NCBI GenBank assembly: GCA_965645245.1
Contig: OZ287075.1
Location: 992,001-1,056,000 of the forward strand
Length of the DNA stretch: 64,000 nucleotides
Direction of reading: 5' to 3'
From: Massalongia carnosa
Taxonomy: Eukaryota
Both the position numbers and the translations under genes were made by a program. A model generated the notes under the pieces. It had not been told where the DNA came from. It made no database searches and saw nothing but the letters and a program-made list of their open reading frames with translations. This document shows positions 1 to 11,536 of the stretch, one piece after another (within the stretch, counting starts at the first letter, position 1; each line of letters opens with the position of its first letter).

Positions 1-1329
1 ACGAGATCAACATCAGACAGGGAGATATCTACTCATAACAGTCTAACCATGAATGTAGAGCTGCCTGGCTGTTGTCAGGACACCTCATGCGTGTTTTGCC
101 TGTGAGTGTTTATTTTTCAGTCCACATTCTCACGCAGAAAGGCCAAACCTGCGCGCCAGGTACCAAGATTTGCTTCCACAAAAAAAATTTTCTACTCATA
201 AGCCTGACTGCACGCGTTTCACCAACATGTAGGTCTAGAAATAGGGCTTTCCCTTGAGCTAGCAATGACCAGCCTGTATTCGAGTAGCTGCGGCCCCCAG
301 CCAGATAAACATATCTGTGTATCTGAGCGCCATACTCGTGAGCTAGCCTCTACCCAAAGCAAGCAATGTAAGAACAATTCTTGGAGTGCTCGCAAAATAT
401 GGTTGCTGATAAGTCATAGACATGTGTCCCGTCGGACAGTCGTGCGAGCTGACTTTAGCTCCTATGCGCGGCTGCCGAACTCGTAAGGAAACAAGTAATG
501 GGTAGGTTCAATATCACGACTCCATCATGTAGTCGAAGACAGTTTTAGTCTAACATATTCACTGATAGCGATCTGGTTCAGTGGCTAGAAGAAAGCTACA
601 TGTCGATATTTATACAAACGAGATTTTCGAAAACGCACAAATGCCAAGCGGCAGCGTAGCGGCCTATAAAAGATGAAGCAATGAATTCACATTTTCATTT
701 GGATACTTGAAGAAATGATGAATGGAAAAAGAATGAAGGGGGGCGGAGGAAATGATGATCAACTATTGCAATAATATGCAGAATCCAACGTATTTCTCAA
801 TGAACCTAATCTGATAACGTATCGTAGAGAAGCGGAGGATAACAAGCACGAGCGACTACGTACTTCGAATGACAGGGTAAATACTGCACTTGAAGGCTCG
901 AGTCCACTGGGACATCGAGAAAAAGTGGCACGATGAATAGAAATATCTGAGCCAAGGGCCAGGGCTTAGAATAATAATCCGTAACAGTGGATATGTTGAG
1001 GGTTATCTTGAGACTAGCATATATTAGAAATGGACATGAACATGGGTTGACATACGCCGGTAATCAATGGGAATCGAACGCCAAGGTTTGAACCCAATGG
1101 GTGTTCTAGAGTTATCATCACCAAATGGCTTGCAGTGGCGCTGGTGGCAAATACAAGGTTCAGCCTGTGGCTGATGGCTTTCTTTGCCAAATCCACGTGA
1201 CTTTGGAGATGACGTCCCGCGTGGGTTGTTGCTCTTTATATTTTTCAAGGGCTGAGTTACTTAAATTCAATGGCCTTGGACCACAGTATGACATATTCTT
1301 CTAGAGTGGCTCGTTAAGCAACTCATGAA

Positions 1330-3402
1330 ATGGCGAGAGTACCATTTATTGGGAGATTGTTCTGGTTCGTCTAAATGCATCCTGTGTCTCGGATGGACAT
1401 TTCTAGTTGAGCTTACCCACACACTGTAGGCAAGAGTACTTGGCCCTCATTGGTTCTTTTGTGATAATCTTTCTTGAGGGTTTCATTAGAGTCGTTACTC
1501 TTGGTCTTCGTATGTCCTTGACCAGCATGTCTTTCTCTATCTCAACCTGACTTCGTCTAGCTCAACCTGTCATTCGATTCTGCTACAATCGGTCTAAAAA
1601 TCTTTTCAATTCCCTCTCCTCGCCCCAGGGGAGACAATCTCGTTCTAGAAAGAAATCGTTTGTTTCTTCAATCGCCAACGCTTCAGATTTTGTCGATTTG
1701 TGCGCTCTTTATGGTTATTATGCAGAAGAACACATCGTTCAGACGGGCGATGGTTATCTACTAGGGTTACATCGGTTAGGCTGGCGAAGAGGCGAAGAGG
1801 GTGTAAGGGTTAACGCAGGGGAGGGCAGTGTCTCGAAAAGAGTGGTATATCTCCATCATGGGCTACTAATGAATAGTGAGGTTTGGATGTGCTCAACGGA
1901 GAAAGAAAGATGTCTACCTTTAATGCTGGTTGAGAAAGGTTATGATTGTTGGGTATGTATTTTGGGTTGCTGTAGACGATCCTCAACGCTGACCTGGGTT
2001 AGTTTGGTAACAATAGGGGAAACAAATACTCGAAGAAATGCACCACTCGTTCCCCTGCTAATAACGATTTCTGGAACTTTTCAATGGACCAGTTTGCATT
2101 CCACGATATTCCTGACAGCATTAACTATATTCTTGCCACGACTTCTCAACCTTCCTTGTCATATGTTGGTTTCTCTCAGGTACTTTATGCTTGATTCCTC
2201 TCATTACGCTGGGTTGCTTGGGTGGCTCATTTGTAGTGACTTAGGGCACCGCTCAGGCTTTTGCCACTCTGTCAATACATCCAACCCTGAATGACAAAAT
2301 TGACATTTTCATCGCTCTCGCCCCAGCTATGTCTCCAGCTGGCCTCCACAATAGCGTCGTGGATGCTTTAATGAAAGCTTCTCCAGAAGTAATTTTTCTC
2401 GCTTTCGGTCGCAGGAGTATTCTAAGTTCAACGACAATGTGGCAGTCAATATTGTATCCACCAATTTTTGTTCGAATCATAGACATGTCACTTCTTTTTC
2501 TATTCAATTGGACAGGCCGGAATATTAGTGCACATCAAAAGCTTGCTGCGTACCCTCACTTATACTCTTTTACGAGTACGAAGAGTGTAGTGCATTGGTT
2601 TCAGATCATCCGAAACAAAAGTTTTCAGATGTACGACGACGATGTTCAAGCACCGCTAAGCTTGGGAGCCAGTGACCGATATTACAAAGTTGCCAAATTT
2701 CCTACAAGGAATATAAAAACACCTATAGTACTTATCTACGGTGGAAGCGATAGCCTCGTTGATATCAATGTCATGTTGCAGGAATTACCCAAGCATACAG
2801 TAGCGAAAGAAGTGCCGCATTTTGAGCACCTAGACTTCCTATGGGCTCAGCAGGTTGAAACATTGGTATTTCCATATGTTTTCAGTGCTCTAGAGGATTT
2901 CGCCGGCAGAGATCATCAAAAAGAGAACCAGTACGCATTTAAATCCACTGGAAATGGACATTTAGCAACCCCTCAACTCCTGAGCAATTCTGAAGATGAG
3001 ATTTCATCCCCGAGTGATCTTAGCCCGGAGGTGAACATGAGTCAGGCTAAAAAGCGTGAGGGTGCAACAAGAAGAGAATCTAACCGTCCAGCACGTATAG
3101 GTAGTTTTCGTAACAGAGATTTCATATCATCATCAACCTTATCTCCCACCTATCAAACATTGGCCTCTATGCATGGCGCGGGTGAAGAAACGCCCCTCAC
3201 AAATCCCATACGTTTGGCAGGTGATACCTACAATCACTACAAGCATCAGCGAAGCGGTAGTCTGTCAAGTGCGAAGAGCTTGGATCTTGGGAAGAGGTTT
3301 GGCGAAAGGGGCATCAGCGTTGGCACTAGCAAGCCAATTGTTGGACAAATAAGTAGCCGGAGCCTTTCCAGACCGAGCGATGCGAATACCCACAGCAGTT
3401 GA
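1330..3402 (+). CDS. Sterol esterase / acid lipase (Tgl1/Yeh-like alpha/beta hydrolase), about 5 exons
   Basis: Start MARVPFIGRLFW at 1330. Motifs EEHIVQTGDGYLLGLHR and VYLHHGLLMNSEVW; nucleophile motif YVGFSQ|GTAQ split by an intron (~2181-2244); FEHLDFLWA catalytic His region. GT-AG introns join ORFs 1698..2294 and 2329..3402. Confidence 0.9.
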
Positions 3403-4013
3403 AAATTTCAGATTGTCTTTATCCTGAAATACCTGGATAACCACAATGATATATTGAAATGATGGCCTGTTGTATATTGACATATGTGATAGACTGGAGA
3501 TGAGACTGCACGTGGTTATTAATAATCTTGATCAAAACATTTCACGATGCACTTCTCAAAAGACCGGTTCAGAAATGATCGTACTCTATTATACCTAACA
3601 GCGCCAGTGGAGCTAGCGCCATCAGAAAAAAAGCGATCTCGTTTATTAGTCCTATAATGGGTGGGTTACTTCTGTGCAAGTGTCAAAAGAAGACAACAGC
3701 AGAGTAAACAACCTCAATCAGGCAATCAAAAGCCACAACAAGTTGGCTTACCACAGATCTAGAGCTCCCCAATCCTAGAAAGAAGGGTATCGCCACGGCT
3801 CTGGAACATCGTTATGGTATTGTAAACTCATGTATTCATATTTGTATCATGTTAATTCAGTACAGGGCATCCAGAAACCACGCTCAGGGGCGTCTATCTT
3901 GTCTAGTGATCGCCAAAATTTGGAGACTACAACAGACACAAGTCGAGATGCAGTGAAGGTCTTCATTCCAAGGTTCAAATAAGTGCCACATGCTGACTTA
4001 CACCAGGAGGATT

Positions 4014-4836
4014 ATGACGCACGTCCTGGATTTCTTAGACTTCCAAAGGATGCTCGAATGCAGATATATCAACCATTATGTCTTGATCAATGCATCATTG
4101 AGACAATCTGTGGCAAGAAAAAGTCATAAACTACCAAAAAGCTGCACGTTCGTTATCAGAAATTACTTTCCGACTAGATTGGTTTGCTTCACGTATCTAA
4201 ACTCATCAGCAACGAAGCCCTGGAGGTGCTATATTCAACCAATATCTTTGGGTTGGATTCCCCTCTCCATGAATCTGTTATGGGCTAGCTTATGAATATT
4301 GGCCCTGCTAATCGGCTTCGGCTTCGGCTTCGGCTTCGGTCTTGATTATCGATTATCTGCTAGGCACCTTTTTCCCTAGTATACATAAACTATTTATTCG
4401 GATAATTGGCGACGGCTTCGCTGAAGATGTGATCGAATTGGCTTCTGTCCTTGTGGAGAGGCACGATCTGTAACGAAAGTCAGTTATTAATCAAATCACC
4501 CAAGGTCTCGGCCTCCTTAAGGAAACCCCATATTTGCACTATCTACATGCAAAATTTCCCCAAGAAGCCGTAACCTATCATTCAGTCATGAAGGGGCCTG
4601 AGGATCGCATCAGGATAGACTCTTACGACTCGTTGAACAGTTGCGGGGAGCTTCGTACAGTGCTAGGAAAATTCCAACATATCAAAACTTTATGTGTCGA
4701 CTACGTGGGAGATCTAAAGTTTCTTGAAGATGTAGCCAGCAAGATTGGTGCGAAAAAAATTCAGATGTCGCTCCAGAAGAAGTGCACTAAAGAGTATTTA
4801 GAGACCGCTCAGAAAATGGGATGGTTTCTTTACTAA
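4014..4836 (+). pseudogene. Degraded fungal F-box-like protein
   Basis: FLD/LPKDARMQIY needs a 1-nt frameshift near 4040. Downstream is LLHVSKLISNEALEVLYSTNIF, typical of this family, with in-frame stops and a (GGCTTC)4 tract at ~4315-4338. ORF 4534..4836 may be the C-terminus. Confidence 0.55.
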
Positions 4837-5612
4837 CTAGGCCTCGATTCGTATTTGTTAGATTTCAACGAGATAAGGAGAGGCTCTCGGAGAGTGAAGG
4901 GATTATACCGTGTACAAACACCACGAAGAAAGATTAGTTATGGCATGATGGAAGACACAAGGGTTAGGTACATATTATCCGCGTTGATAGACCAAGACCA
5001 TAGCAACATCGGATATCGATAGATTGGACAGCGAACAAGAGCTGGCTTCGCTAAACTGGATAGATACTGTTCGAAGGATAGTTAATGAACTATGGCTGGC
5101 AGGGAGGTGAGAACGATTCGGCTGCTTCGCTGGACACTCGTCGTCTGCGTGAATACTTTATTGTTGCTCTACAAATCCTACAGCTTTAATTACGGAGTAA
5201 CCTTTAGTTTGCATGGTGCTACCTATCTCTAAGTTAAATAACCTCGTCCCTATCCTTGTAGACATGATACGAATACGGTGGAGCGCGTTTAGGCTGAACT
5301 GCGCGGATATATGATTTCTAGGACTCGAACCCTCTGAAGCTGTTGGAGAGTAGACTTTACGATCCTTTTCTAAAGAAACAAATAGATTTCTCTCAAGCTT
5401 TCAAGATGAGTCAGTTTACTCCGCAGAGCATTTATTCATCGTCCTTAACTCCTTCCATGATTCCTAGGGAGGAGTTGTTGTCCTCTTGTTCATGGTGGTA
5501 CTGTGGTCCTTGGGGGGGTTTTAGCGTGATACAAACACGGATAACAACGCGCTAATATTTTGTGCAGAAGGATATTCTTAAGTAGAAACACCATATATTT
5601 GGAGTAAGGATA

Positions 5613-5681
5613 CGTGGACACCCCTTTGGTTACCTGGACACCCCCCAGTGATACACGGACACCCCCTTCCTAGAATAGGTA
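5613..5681. repeat. Left arm of a palindromic GGACACCCC-repeat (MITE-like) element
   Basis: Three GGACACCCC units at 20-21 bp spacing, preceded by TA (5611-5612). 5628-5681 is the exact reverse complement of 11467-11520. Confidence 0.8.
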
Positions 5682-5995
5682 AGAATCAAGGGTTCAGCCC
5701 CCTCACTTACCCACTTCGGGGTAAGCTCCCGGGCGCATATCGGGGAAATTTTTTCCTTCACCTTTTGATAGTGGTCGGGAATTTCTGAAACGAAGTCGAT
5801 TGGCACTGTCTTTGCAAATCAGACTCTGATTCTAGAAACTAAGCCTCATTTGGTCTAAGTAATGATGCTAACCTCCTCATCTCCGCTTGCTGTCGCTGTC
5901 CCCCCCCCCCCCCTGTCGCCGTCCCCGCCTCCGAGTCATTTGCAGTCAGCCTATCTGCCAATCCCCTCGTTATAACCCCTCCTCTAGCCCTACCT

Positions 5996-6090
5996 CCCGT
6001 CCCCGTCCCCGTCCCGATCCCTGTCCCGATCCCCGTCCCGATCCCTGTCCCGATCCCCGTCCCCGTCCCCGTCCCCGTCCCCGTCCCCGT
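5996..6090. repeat. CCCCGT/CCCGAT hexamer array encoding a Gly-Arg tail of the MULE transposase
   Basis: Visible tandem hexamers; reads GRGRGRGSGQGSGRG on the minus strand. Confidence 0.85.
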
Positions 6091-8005
6091 CTGCCTCGTC
6101 CACGACCAGGTGCCGGGTCCGCTCGATGAACGGCTGATTGATCTGCATCCAGGTCCACCCGCTCGAAAAGGGAAGGATCACGATTAGTAGATGCCTCGAA
6201 TGCTTGCTGTCTTCTATTCAAATTCTCCGCACCTGGAGGTCGGCCCCTTGGTCTAGCAACTTCGGATGCCTGAACCCGAAGATAAGGATTATCAATAGCC
6301 ACACGGGCTGTCCTATCAAACCTCCAATGAGGATGAATATCTTCCAATAGCAACTTTCCCCCCCATACAACCGTTCCTGAATCTTATGACTGTACGGAAG
6401 ACCCATGGTTAAGCTGAACGTTCCAGTACAGGCCGGAATAGCTGTTGATTGACCAACCAAACGTTCGTATTGAGGCATTATCTTTCTCAAAGCGTAGGGA
6501 GTGACGTATGGACTGATTTCCTGAAAGATAGGTTTGCGAATATCCATAGGTAGTCGTACCTTCGCTTCATCAAGACGAATCAGATGATTGTGAAGTTAAT
6601 TGATCAATAGAAGATTCATTCGGTCCACCACCGTCTTAAGATCTCCAGATGATGACCCTAGCTGTCGCTTAAGTACTGCATGCCCGCCTTCACCTCGAGA
6701 GGTAGTGGTGGTTTCGAAATGAGTAATCATACTGGTATAGCACTTGACAAAACGATGTCGGAATGGTATGTAGATGTCGTTCAGATATTCCACACATTGA
6801 TCCTGACCCTGATACTGAATCCTGAATCGCTCCCATGACTCCAAAAACTCTGGTTCTGACGAGGCATAAACGACCGTTTTCCAGTCAGCGAAGAAGGAGT
6901 CCCACGCCTCTTTGGTATCGAAGCTGTTCTTGCAATTGGTCAGGACGTTATTATTGATGTGCCATAAGCAAAGCAGATGATTGATTGCGGGGAAAACATC
7001 CTCAATTCCAGCTATCAGACTCTTTTCCATGTCCGTGACTATGACGATCGGGTTAGGAAGCATCATCCCATTATACACACCTCGCAATTGCTGCAACATC
7101 CAGGTATAATCAGACGTGGCTTCCTTGGCCATGAAGCAAAATGCCACATAGAAGTTGGTATGTAGGGCGGTTTGACCACTGATGATCAATAAGGGCATCT
7201 TATATCTGTTGGTTTTGTAAGTGGCGTCCATCACCAACACCTCGTAATTCGTCTTCAATAGTCGTTGAGAACAGCCCTTAATAAAGAATAAATGAGTTAT
7301 TCTATCTAGATCATCCTTTTGCATCTGATACGTCTAATCTCCTTGATCCAGCTCTCGGATTAATGCCTGAACCGGAGTCAATGGGCCGAGTGTCTCGCGA
7401 CGAAGCTGTGCTTTGACGTTGTAGATATCCCGAGGTTTGAATAAGGGATTGATGATGTAGGGATTTTCTGGATCGTCAAAATTGATTCCCGTCGTCGGAG
7501 CAGCAACACGAAGACTAGATAAAATCTTGAAAGGGGCTGTTTGCACGATCAGAGCTCGAGAAATCTCGCTTTTAACCTCTTTCGCCATCGCCAATTTCCT
7601 CAACGCTGGATGAGCACCAGCGAAGGTAGAAGCATGATTATGAGTCGATTTGACCACCTCCAAAAACCAGATACCACTGTCGTTTTCTCGTGTGGCCACA
7701 CAAGAGAAAGGGCATTCAATTCTCGGCTACCCGTATGTCGCCGATCCTGACCTATTGGTCCGTCGGTTTTTCTTCCTCGATCATATATCAGCCATGCCTT
7801 TCTCGTTACCTTAAATTTCGACTTCTTGGTTCGACCCAAAACGACTGCGTATCCTTGACGACCAGCATGCTCATTAACTCGTAGAACCAGGTCTTCCAGA
7901 CTTTCAAAACTTTGTCCATCCTCGGGGGTTGCAAGTCCGCCAGGGGGTAGAGTGCCAGGTGGTCGGTGTGGAGTAGCTGGTTCATCTTCGAGGGGTGCAA
8001 GTCCG

Positions 8006-8121
8006 TCAGGAGGTGGGGGGTCAGGAGGTGGGGGGTCAGGAGGTGGGGGGTCAGGAGGTGGGGGGTCAGGAGGTGGGGGGTCAGGAGGTGGGGGGTCAGG
8101 AGGTGGGGGGTCAGGAGGTGG
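8006..8121. repeat. 15-bp tandem repeat TCAGGAGGTGGGGGG (7 full units plus a partial), encoding (PPPPD)n
   Basis: Identical units directly visible; forms the N-terminus of the MULE ORF. Confidence 0.95.
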
Positions 8122-8182
8122 TGCAGACATGATGAAGTGTCAAAATGTTGATGTTCACGAAGTGCCAAAATGGTGGTGTTTA

Positions 8183-10043
8183 CGGAGGCGAATATGATAA
8201 TACGCTAAAAGCTAGTGCCGTAATTTAAATTTTCCGTACCGAGCAAATTTTCCCCTTTTCTTTCCCCTTTTCTCATCCCAAATCATTTACGAACCAACAT
8301 TTGATCAAATCATCATCATGGTCAATAAATCAGCTGATATTTCTTTGCGGGCTCAGGTCTTGACGTTGTCTTATTGCACCCCGGCCTCAATTGAATTTAT
8401 TGCAGCTACTACAGGTTATTCTGTCCCCAACATTTATCGTATTCGTCGCATTGCCAGGGATCGAGGATTTGCTCCCGCCATTTCTTTGCAGGTGCTTGAT
8501 AAATACGCCCGTCATGAAGAAAAATCTGGTCGACCGAGAAAGGCTACTACTGAGAAAGAAGATGAAGTCATTGATCTAGTCATAAAAGACAGATACGCCC
8601 GTGAAAAAACCAGTGCCCAGTTGGCAAGAGAAGTTGGACTGTCCAGATGCACCGTGTGGAGAATCCTGAAACAAAGAGGCTATAAAAAAGTCAAACCGTC
8701 GTATAGACCAGGGCTTACTCCTGAAATGAAAGCGGCTAGACTGGCTTTTTGTCTCCTGTATAAAGACTGGACCGTGGAGGATTGGAAGCGGGTTATTTGG
8801 TCAGATGAAACAGCAATAGTGCTTGGTCACCGTCGCGGAGCTGTCAAAATTTGGCGTACAACCAAGGAAGGAAGAAGACCAGTCAAATCCACCGTACGTG
8901 CTAGGTGGCATGGGGCTCATGAATTCATGTTTTGGGGATGCTTTTCCTACGATTGGAAGGGGCCATGTCATTGCTGGAAACCGGAGACAAAAGCGGAAAA
9001 AGCGGAAGCCAAAACCAAGCTTGACGAGATGAATGCTGCATTGGAAGCCAGTGAGAGATTAAATTGGGAGCTGACCAATGGAATGAGACGTTTTTCAACT
9101 CGCAATTTACCAGGAAAAAAGCCGCAATGGAAATGGGATGAGGAACATGGAAAGATGATCAGAAAAGAAGGTAAAGGAGGCATTGATTGGTGGCGGTATC
9201 AAAACGTCATACTTCTGCCAAAACTGATTCCTTTTGCTCAGCAATGCAATGCAAAAAGAAGAGAAGCCGGATTGTCTGAAATGATCGTACAGGGAGATAA
9301 GGCTCCGTCTCATGCTTCCAAGCATCAGATTCCCATCTTCTCTCGTCATGGCATCGAGCGTCTTTTATGGCCCGGAAATTCTCCTGATCTCAACATGATT
9401 GAACCCTGCTGGCCCTGGATGAAGCGACGTACAACTGCCAAAGGCCCTCCTAGTTCTCGGTTAATTGCTGAATCTATGTGGCATCGCACTTGGGACGATC
9501 TACCTCAGGAGAATATTCAGGCATGGATTGAAAGAATTCCACGTCACATTGCAAAAGTCATTGAATTGGAAGGTGGAAATGAGTATTGCGAAGCACGTTT
9601 GGACGTTGATGGACGGACCAAAGAAGGAAAAATGCGACTTCAACAGCTGAGGGAAGAATTGCTCAGTAATACAGCAAAACCAGCTTCTTCTTCTTCTTCT
9701 TCTTCTTCTTCTGTGGCGTCAACGAGACCATCATCCAGACAATCAAATGATGATACACCCAGCCCGTTGAATGTCAGGGCAGTTACCCCTGAGCCCCCTA
9801 CACAGAAGCCATTGACACCCCCCTTATTGAGAAAAAGAGCCGTTTTATCTCCGAAAAATCACCTTCCCCCACGCATTCAAAAGGTGGTTCGTACTGCAGC
9901 CAGTTTCAGACCAAAAAGACGTTGATTAGATGGTTGGTAATGGCATTTGTAGATAGTTGGTAGAATTTCAGGCTCGGTATGGAAAATCTAAATTACGGCG
10001 CTAGTGTTTAGCGTATTATCAGTACTTTTGAGATTCGCCTCCG
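8183..10043 (+). mobile_element. Tc1-like DD34E transposon inserted in the MULE subterminal region
   Basis: Imperfect TIRs CGGAGGCGAAT...TGATAATACGCTAAA...TACCGAGC (8183-8244 / 9972-10043, with a ~10-bp indel). TA target duplication at 8181-8182 and 10044-10045. Confidence 0.92.
8318..9925 (+). CDS. Tc1/IS630-family transposase, 535 aa, uninterrupted
   Basis: HTH region with SGRPRK; triad IWSDET / VQGDKAPSH / SPDLNMIE (DD34E); extra ~60-aa insert before the second D; Ser/Pro-rich tail. Confidence 0.92.
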   Translation: MVNKSADISLRAQVLTLSYCTPASIEFIAATTGYSVPNIYRIRRIARDRGFAPAISLQVLDKYARHEEKSGRPRKATTEKEDEVIDLVIKDRYAREKTSAQLAREVGLSRCTVWRILKQRGYKKVKPSYRPGLTPEMKAARLAFCLLYKDWTVEDWKRVIWSDETAIVLGHRRGAVKIWRTTKEGRRPVKSTVRARWHGAHEFMFWGCFSYDWKGPCHCWKPETKAEKAEAKTKLDEMNAALEASERLNWELTNGMRRFSTRNLPGKKPQWKWDEEHGKMIRKEGKGGIDWWRYQNVILLPKLIPFAQQCNAKRREAGLSEMIVQGDKAPSHASKHQIPIFSRHGIERLLWPGNSPDLNMIEPCWPWMKRRTTAKGPPSSRLIAESMWHRTWDDLPQENIQAWIERIPRHIAKVIELEGGNEYCEARLDVDGRTKEGKMRLQQLREELLSNTAKPASSSSSSSSSVASTRPSSRQSNDDTPSPLNVRAVTPEPPTQKPLTPPLLRKRAVLSPKNHLPPRIQKVVRTAASFRPKRR

Positions 10044-10129
10044 TACGGTTGAAAAAAAAATTCCCGAGGTGCACCCTCGGGAGCTTACCCCGAAGTGGGT
10101 AAGTGAGGGGGCTGAACCCTTGATTCTTA

Positions 10130-11466
10130 CAGTACTAGGTCAAAAGTTTCCGACAGCTCCCCATCAACTTTTTACCCCCCCCACTGCTTTGAATTATCAA
10201 CCACCAAGTTTTTATTTTATGCCTTGAAACTTGGTACGATGATTACATACATTCTAGCAAGGAATTTGGGATGAGAAATATATTTTTAATATTTCGTATA
10301 CCATCCTTTCGATTGGATGCAAGCTTCAATCCTCCTTTCCATGCTCTCTATTAAACTTCTCAACATTTCCTCATCTATCAAGGCCTATGTTTCTTCCAAC
10401 GCTTTCCAAAGTACCTCGCGGATCTTATCATCACTACCAGTCACCGAATCGATGTTCGGATTGACTTGATAAAAGAGCTGTTTGAGCACATACCAAACGT
10501 GCTCGATGGGGTTCAAATCAGGAGAATAAGGAGGCCAATCGATGATTGTTATACCGTTTTCATCGAACCATTTCTTCACCTTTTTGGCAGTATGAATCGG
10601 TGCATTATCCTGTATGAAAATGAAGCCCGGTTCCCAAATTTCAAGCAGATTATCGTTCAATAATTCCAAATATGAATTCGCGGAGTACCCCATCTTCTTT
10701 GCTTCGAAATCGCGGGCCAATTTGTAAAGATCTGACCTTCCTCTCATACAAAAAGCCCCCCATACCATAACCTTGACCTCCTTGCCTTTGGCGTACGGTT
10801 GTATCATAGGTTTTTTCCATTTTTCCTCCGGAAATCTGAACATCCATTGACGCTATTTTCCTGACCCCTTTTCCACCGAACACTCGTCTGACCATATAAT
10901 TTTTGACCATTGCTCAGAAGTCCACTCACGCCGAAGCAAGCACCATTCTAATCTCTTCTTTGCCACCTCGGGCGTCAATAAAGGCCGCTTTTTAGCCAGC
11001 CAGTTTGTTATACCGTAGTCTTTGAGCGTCCGATAGAGAGTGGATCGACTGCATTGCACCCCGGCCTCCGTACGCAGCTGCGCATAGGTGATGCGTGGAT
11101 TGATTCGTGCAAATTTGATGATACATCTTCTATCGCGATCCGAAAATATTCCAGGCCGACCTGATCGCGATTTGGACTTTTCGTTGTTGCGTTCTGAGTG
11201 CTTTTGAAGAGTGTAAATGACGGTGGTTCGAGGCACATTTAATGTCTTTGCAATTTCGGCCGGTGCATGCCCCAACGCCTGGGCTCCAATAATCATACCT
11301 CTTTGACATTGATTCAATTTGGTATTACGAGGCTTATTACCAGAAATTGAAGCCACGGAGTGCGTGGCATGGTGAAATGATGAGGTCAAAGTTGATGGGT
11401 TGGAGGGGTTGAAACGCGAAATCACGAAAATCGCGGGTAGAGTCGGAAACTTTTGACACGGGACTG
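10130..11466 (-). mobile_element. Tc1 (impala-like) DD34E transposon
   Basis: 26-bp TIRs CAGTACTAGGTCAAAAGTTTCCGACA / CAGTCCCGTGTCAAAAGTTTCCGACT. TA at 10128-10129 and 11467-11468. Confidence 0.92.
10286..11370 (-). pseudogene. Tc1 transposase, inactivated
   Basis: MPRTP/ASISGN start needs a 1-nt frameshift. Triad IWSDEC / FIQDNAPIH / SPDLNPIE. In-frame TAG at 10853-10855 and 10385-10387. Native end KGWYTKY* at 10286. Confidence 0.88.
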
Positions 11467-11536
11467 TACCTATTCTAGGAAGGGGGTGTCCGTGTATCAC
11501 TGGGGGGTGTCCAGGTAACCTCAGGGGGTGTCCAGG
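11467..11536. repeat. Right arm of the palindromic GGACACCCC element
   Basis: Reverse complement of 5613-5681 (54 bp perfect, then diverging). Ends in CCAGG at the insertion point of the next element. Confidence 0.8.

Larger units (their letters stand above)
5970..8130 (-). pseudogene. MULE transposase, inactivated
   Basis: FAR1-like N-terminus (HAGRQGYAVV...STHNH); MULE core MDATYKTNRYKMPL, IVTDMEKSL, LLCLWHI, TTSRGEGGH; SWIM-like MGLPYSH. In-frame stops at 7334-7336 and 6596-6598; frameshifts near 7725 and 6355. Confidence 0.9.
5682..10127 (-). mobile_element. Mutator-like (MULE) DNA transposon containing a nested Tc1-like element
   Basis: Perfect ~50-bp TIRs AGAATCAAGGGTTCAGCCCCCTCACTTACCCACTTCGGGGTAAGCTCCCG (5682-5731 / 10078-10127), extending imperfectly to ~80 bp. 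TA on both sides. MULE transposase inside. Confidence 0.9.

Noticed and set aside
1..1250. Short ORFs at the window start
   Set aside because: No recognisable protein features; treated as intergenic or an unresolvable partial gene.
5321..5331. Perfect B-box (GGTTCGAGTCC on the - strand) near the left edge of the TE nest
   Set aside because: No cloverleaf or A-box; a single match of this length in 64 kb is plausible by chance.
5613..5670. Short regularly spaced repeats resembling a CRISPR array
   Set aside because: Eukaryotic context, 9-bp units with ~11-bp spacers, no cas genes; explained as transposon-type subterminal repeats.
7806..8197. Alternative-frame ORFs with GGGGS, LLTPH or RRWGV repeats
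   Set aside because: Shadow translations of the 15-bp repeat; the GGGGS likeness to a synthetic linker is coincidental.
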